From the IMG/VR virus record IMGVR_UViG_3300031857_015429, positions 51,160 through 71,159 of that record: 20,000 nt of DNA, one strand, 5' to 3'. The position numbers and the translations under genes are program-made. Positions 16,615 to 20,000 of the stretch are shown one piece after another. Source of the stretch: an uncultured virus (IMG/VR IMGVR_UViG_3300031857_015429) (Duplodnaviria > Heunggongvirae > Uroviricota > Caudoviricetes). The notes beneath the pieces were generated by a model, which saw only the letters and a program-made list of their open reading frames with translations, made no database searches and was not told where the DNA came from. Numbering within the stretch: the stretch's first letter is position 1; the number at the start of each line of letters is the position of its first letter.

Positions 16615-18498
16615 TTATCTCAATTCTCTTAAATCAAATGTACGAACTCCATCTACAGTAATTCTACCGTAAAATCTATTGTTGACCATCTTCTTCGCGT
16701 ATCTCGTCATGATACCTTTGATTGGTGTGAAGTTGAATGGGTTGTACATTGTAGGAGTTAATTGTAGAGGTACATACGGTGCGTAGATGTAACCTGTGTC
16801 TAACAATGACGTTCCTTTGTGTCCAATTAACACTTGGTTAGCTGGGAAGTAAGGGTCACGGTAAACTTGGTAACGACCTGCTAATGTACCAACTCTTTCA
16901 ATACCCATGTTGTATTGGTCTTGCTCAGGAGACGCATTAGATACGTGGAAGTATTCTAAGTCATCAAAGATAGCTGAAACTTCAGAAGAAACAACAATCC
17001 AGTTAGCTCCACCTCTCAATGTAGATTTGTGGATTTGTGCTGACAATTGGTTGATTGCTGTAATCAAAGTTTGGTTCCAATCTTTTTGAGTGTAAGATGT
17101 AGTTGCTTGAATTCTTCTCCATCCATTGTAATCCCAACGTAGGTTCCAAGCCGCTCCTTTACGTAGGTCACGTAAAATTTCACGGTCAATTTCAGCTGCA
17201 ACTTGTTCTGACAACAACGCTGTCAATTCAGCTTCAGCATCAATGTTATGGAACGCTGCAACGTCCTGAGCTAATTCTGGAGACCATTGTGCTCTTAGTT
17301 TTCTTTCTGTCACAGAAACTGTAACTGACTCAAGGTCAAAAGAAACCTCACCAATTTTGTCTTCAAATTCTAACTCTTCGTAACGTCTGAAGATAGCTGT
17401 GAAAGCCGCGTCATCAACAAGAGTGTCAATCAATGTACCATTGTATCCGTCAATTGATTCTGCTTCACAAGTAGCACATACAGGACAAGAAAGGTCAATT
17501 TCTAAATAGATACATCCGTTAGCGTCACATACGTTTCTGAATGAACCACCATTACCATCAGTAGCCCAAGTTGTTTGTTTAACAGGGTTTAAACCACTAA
17601 CAATTCCTTGACCATATTGTTGAGTAACAACTCTGAACAATAATGAAACAGGATTACCATCAGCATCAACTACTGTATTACAAGCCGATGTTGCAGAAAC
17701 TGTGAAGTCAGCAACGTTAGCAATAACGTGTAAATCAGCTAAGAATGCTTCAGTATCCATTTCGTTTCCATCAGGTCCAATTAATTTACCAGCACCTGTA
17801 TCAGCAAAACCACACATTTTGATGATAAGTTTTCTTACATTTTTACCGTCAAATGCCGCACCAGCGTCAACTAAACTACCATTATCCCATTTTTGAACAA
17901 CAGTAGAAGATGTAATTGCTGACCAACGACCTTTAGAGTAGTCAAATAAACCTGCTGGGTCTAAACCTGGCTCAGTTCCTTCGTAGAACAAATCATAAAG
18001 ATTTTTCTTGTAAGTAGGGTTGTAAGAACCTGAAGAATAAGCTGGGTCATAACCTGCCGCAACTGCCGCTCCGTCTGTATCAGGATTACTTGGTGAACCA
18101 ATTGGTGCGTAGTGTGCTCCTGATTGACCAGCGTCTAATCCATTATAAGTACCACCATTATAACCTTGGATTTTAGGTACGAAGTAGAACAATTTACCAA
18201 TAGGTAAGTTCATTGCTTGTACAGAAACGATATCGTTTGCCAACAATTTAGAGAATACACGTCTAACGATTGGGAAAACCACAGTTTCAAAAGAACCTGA
18301 TGAACCGTCAGAAGTTGCTTCGTTGATTAGGTGAGACGCTTGGTTCTCATATAACTGAGCTACGTTCTCTTTAAGATGTCCTTTAAGACCATCTAGGAAT
18401 CCTAATTTATCCCATTTGTTAATAGTATCTTCTTTGATAACTTTAAGGTGCTTAAGACCGATGTTACCAACAAGACCTGATTCTAATAATGCTCCCAT
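16615..18498 (-). CDS. major capsid protein, T4 gp23-like (HK97 fold)
   Basis: gp23-family motifs: PIVRRVF..L.ANDIVSVQAMNLPIGKLFY, SVTVSVTERKLRAQWSPELAQDVAAFHNIDAEAELTALLSEQVAAEIDREI, GTLAGRYQVYRDPY, YAPYVPL, FTPIKGIMTRY. Confidence 0.95.
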   Translation of the reverse strand: MGALLESGLVGNIGLKHLKVIKEDTINKWDKLGFLDGLKGHLKENVAQLYENQASHLINEATSDGSSGSFETVVFPIVRRVFSKLLANDIVSVQAMNLPIGKLFYFVPKIQGYNGGTYNGLDAGQSGAHYAPIGSPSNPDTDGAAVAAGYDPAYSSGSYNPTYKKNLYDLFYEGTEPGLDPAGLFDYSKGRWSAITSSTVVQKWDNGSLVDAGAAFDGKNVRKLIIKMCGFADTGAGKLIGPDGNEMDTEAFLADLHVIANVADFTVSATSACNTVVDADGNPVSLLFRVVTQQYGQGIVSGLNPVKQTTWATDGNGGSFRNVCDANGCIYLEIDLSCPVCATCEAESIDGYNGTLIDTLVDDAAFTAIFRRYEELEFEDKIGEVSFDLESVTVSVTERKLRAQWSPELAQDVAAFHNIDAEAELTALLSEQVAAEIDREILRDLRKGAAWNLRWDYNGWRRIQATTSYTQKDWNQTLITAINQLSAQIHKSTLRGGANWIVVSSEVSAIFDDLEYFHVSNASPEQDQYNMGIERVGTLAGRYQVYRDPYFPANQVLIGHKGTSLLDTGYIYAPYVPLQLTPTMYNPFNFTPIKGIMTRYAKKMVNNRFYGRITVDGVRTFDLRELR

Positions 18499-18535
18499 TT
18501 TGTTTTTGTTTTTATTTTATTTGTTTATTTTATTT

Positions 18536-19999
18536 TTATTTTAATTTTGCCATTAAATCTTTCATTCTCAAGAATTGAGGATTTTCGTAAGTTTTTGACT
18601 CAATTAAATTAACCGCTGAACCTGTTGATGGTGAGTTATTAATAGCTCTATCAATTGACTCATTCATTGGTTGTGATTTTGTGTTTGTTAATTCATCCTT
18701 AATAGAATGATATAAGTTTTTAGATTCTTTAATAGTTTCTACAGAATCAAATCTTTTTAGGATGTTGATTTTTTCTTGTTTAGTTGTAGTATGCTCAGTA
18801 AACAAACGTGTAGCGTAAGCCAAGTTTGAATTGAACACTGCAACTTCATTCAACTTATCTCTAAATACATTCAATGCTTTTCTGTATTCTTCGTTCTTTT
18901 CTCTTAAAACTTTGATTTCGTTGTTGTTAACGTTTTCTAGATTAAGATTTCTATTAGGTGTAATACCTTTTCTCAAACCACGTCCTGATTTAGAACCATT
19001 TCCGTAAGTACGAGCGGCTTCTTTAGTTTCAGATTTTTTACCTTTAACTAATTTCATTTTACCGTCTAAGTTTTCACCATCTTTATAAGAGAAACCTTTT
19101 TTAGCACTTCCTGTACCCATAGTTTTGTTAGCTGTTTTCTTAACAGTTTTAAAACCACCTTCTTGGTTAGGTTTAGCTGAATAGATTTTTTTCTTATTTG
19201 GTTTACCCATTCCTACACCTTTAGCTTTAAACGATTTAGATTCCATTACTGAATCCAAATCATAAGACTCATCTTCTTCCTCTTCAAACTCTTCGTCCAA
19301 TTCGTAAGACTCATCTTCTTCTTCATCTTCCATCTCAATTTCGTAAACGATTTCTTCCTCTTCTTCGTCTTCAAACTCTTCGTCTAATTCGTAAGATTCA
19401 TCTTCTTCCTCGTCCTCCATTTCAATTTCGTAAACGATTTCTTCATCCTCTTCTTCTTCAAACTCTTCAGTTGCGAAAACTTTATTAATGATATCCTTAA
19501 CTTCAGATTCAGATTCGTCATCATCTTCATACATTTCAGACTCAAATGAGAAATCATCCTCTTCGTCCATTTCTGAAAAATCAAACTCTTCTTCTGATTC
19601 TTGTACAATCATATATTCTTTGTTTGTTTGGTTGTCTTTTAAATTGATGTTACCTGTTTCATCTTTCTTAACGATTACCTCATCTTCAGGTCCCATTAGT
19701 TGGAATACTCTCAACATCTCTTGAGTATCCTCTTCACTGTCACCTAATGTTGTTAAATCAATAACAGGTTCTTCGTCATCAGAATCCTCTAAGTCATCCA
19801 TTTCAAAATTATCAACATCAGCATCGTCCATTTCGTCGTCAGCCATTTCCTCATCGGAATCAACTTCATCCTTAACGTCTTCAACGTCAGTCTCTGGTTC
19901 TTCAATCTCATCACCTTGTTCCGTAAGAGATTCTTTTACTAATTCTTTGATTTCTCCTGCCATAGTTGACTGAAGTATTCCTTTTGCATTCTCGGCAAT
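18536..19999 (-). CDS. prohead core/scaffolding protein (gp22-like role), 5' end outside window
   Basis: Immediately upstream of the capsid gene; extremely acidic, with a C-terminal coiled coil (LREKNEEYRKALNVFRDKLNEVAVFNSNLAYATRLF). The frame stays open upstream of ATG 19963 to the window edge (IAENAKGILQSTM...). Confidence 0.75.
   Translation of the reverse strand: MAENAKGILQSTMAGEIKELVKESLTEQGDEIEEPETDVEDVKDEVDSDEEMADDEMDDADVDNFEMDDLEDSDDEEPVIDLTTLGDSEEDTQEMLRVFQLMGPEDEVIVKKDETGNINLKDNQTNKEYMIVQESEEEFDFSEMDEEDDFSFESEMYEDDDESESEVKDIINKVFATEEFEEEEDEEIVYEIEMEDEEEDESYELDEEFEDEEEEEIVYEIEMEDEEEDESYELDEEFEEEEDESYDLDSVMESKSFKAKGVGMGKPNKKKIYSAKPNQEGGFKTVKKTANKTMGTGSAKKGFSYKDGENLDGKMKLVKGKKSETKEAARTYGNGSKSGRGLRKGITPNRNLNLENVNNNEIKVLREKNEEYRKALNVFRDKLNEVAVFNSNLAYATRLFTEHTTTKQEKINILKRFDSVETIKESKNLYHSIKDELTNTKSQPMNESIDRAINNSPSTGSAVNLIESKTYENPQFLRMKDLMAKLK
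19253..19468. repeat. 87-bp in-frame tandem repeat in scaffold gene
   Basis: EEFE(E/D)EE(D/E)EEIVYEIEMEDEEEDESYELD x2 (19295-19381, 19382-19468) plus a shortened third copy. The anchor TCAAACTCTTC recurs at 19284, 19371 and 19458. Confidence 0.85.
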
Positions 20000-20000
20000 A

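Noticed and set aside
15829..18498. HNH gene as part of a group I intron, or an intein in the capsid gene
   Set aside because: The capsid ORF is uninterrupted and ends before a terminator; the HNH is free-standing. No intein splice-junction motifs were seen around the capsid insertion.
1837..19724. Short overlapping ORFs in the track (1837, 1885, 2285, 3781, 5163, 9664, 11121, 11659, 12932, 13284, 16907, 17103, 17702, 19384, 19488)
   Set aside because: All lie within or antisense to better-supported genes and show no recognisable motifs; treated as shadow ORFs.
1..20000. Stop-codon reassignment, as seen in some jumbo phages
   Set aside because: Genes are full-length and densely packed under the standard code; TGA and TAG occur at plausible gene ends (156, 7823, 12318, 15338).
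1..20000. Eukaryotic giant virus (NCLDV) origin
   Set aside because: The capsid is T4 gp23-like rather than double jelly-roll; a phage sigma factor, spike gene, operons and Rho-independent terminators are present.
1..20000. tRNA or structured ncRNA genes
   Set aside because: Intergenic gaps are under 100 nt and AT-rich, and are explained by terminators and promoter motifs; no cloverleaf was seen.

Overview
AT-rich, gene-dense segment of a large T4-like (myovirus/jumbo-type) bacteriophage genome, read with the standard genetic code. A-rich leaders without Shine-Dalgarno sequences suggest a Bacteroidota host (inference). The + strand block (1-12809) carries: the 3' end of phoH, a degenerate HAD/5'-nucleotidase-like gene, GT-B and GT2 glycosyltransferases, a gp55-like late sigma factor, putative virion genes including a gp5/VgrG-like spike, a Cys-rich protein and a delta-60 beta-propeller sharing a 50-aa C-terminal module, and an HNH-like endonuclease. 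The mostly - strand block (12806-20000) carries: an acidic prohead scaffold, a gp23-like major capsid protein, a second HNH endonuclease, a membrane protein and small proteins with a shared N-terminal leader ending in I-x-E. Most notable: (1) a candidate capsid-targeting/prohead-protease cargo system, including a polyprotein-like gene whose segments resemble the mature capsid N-terminus; (2) a swappable C-terminal CxxC/H module; (3) a TATTTATA motif upstream of genes, the reverse complement of the T4 late promoter; (4) a possible virion glycosylation system with recurrent [S/T]-G-x-T motifs. All family assignments are from motif recognition by eye; no searches were run.
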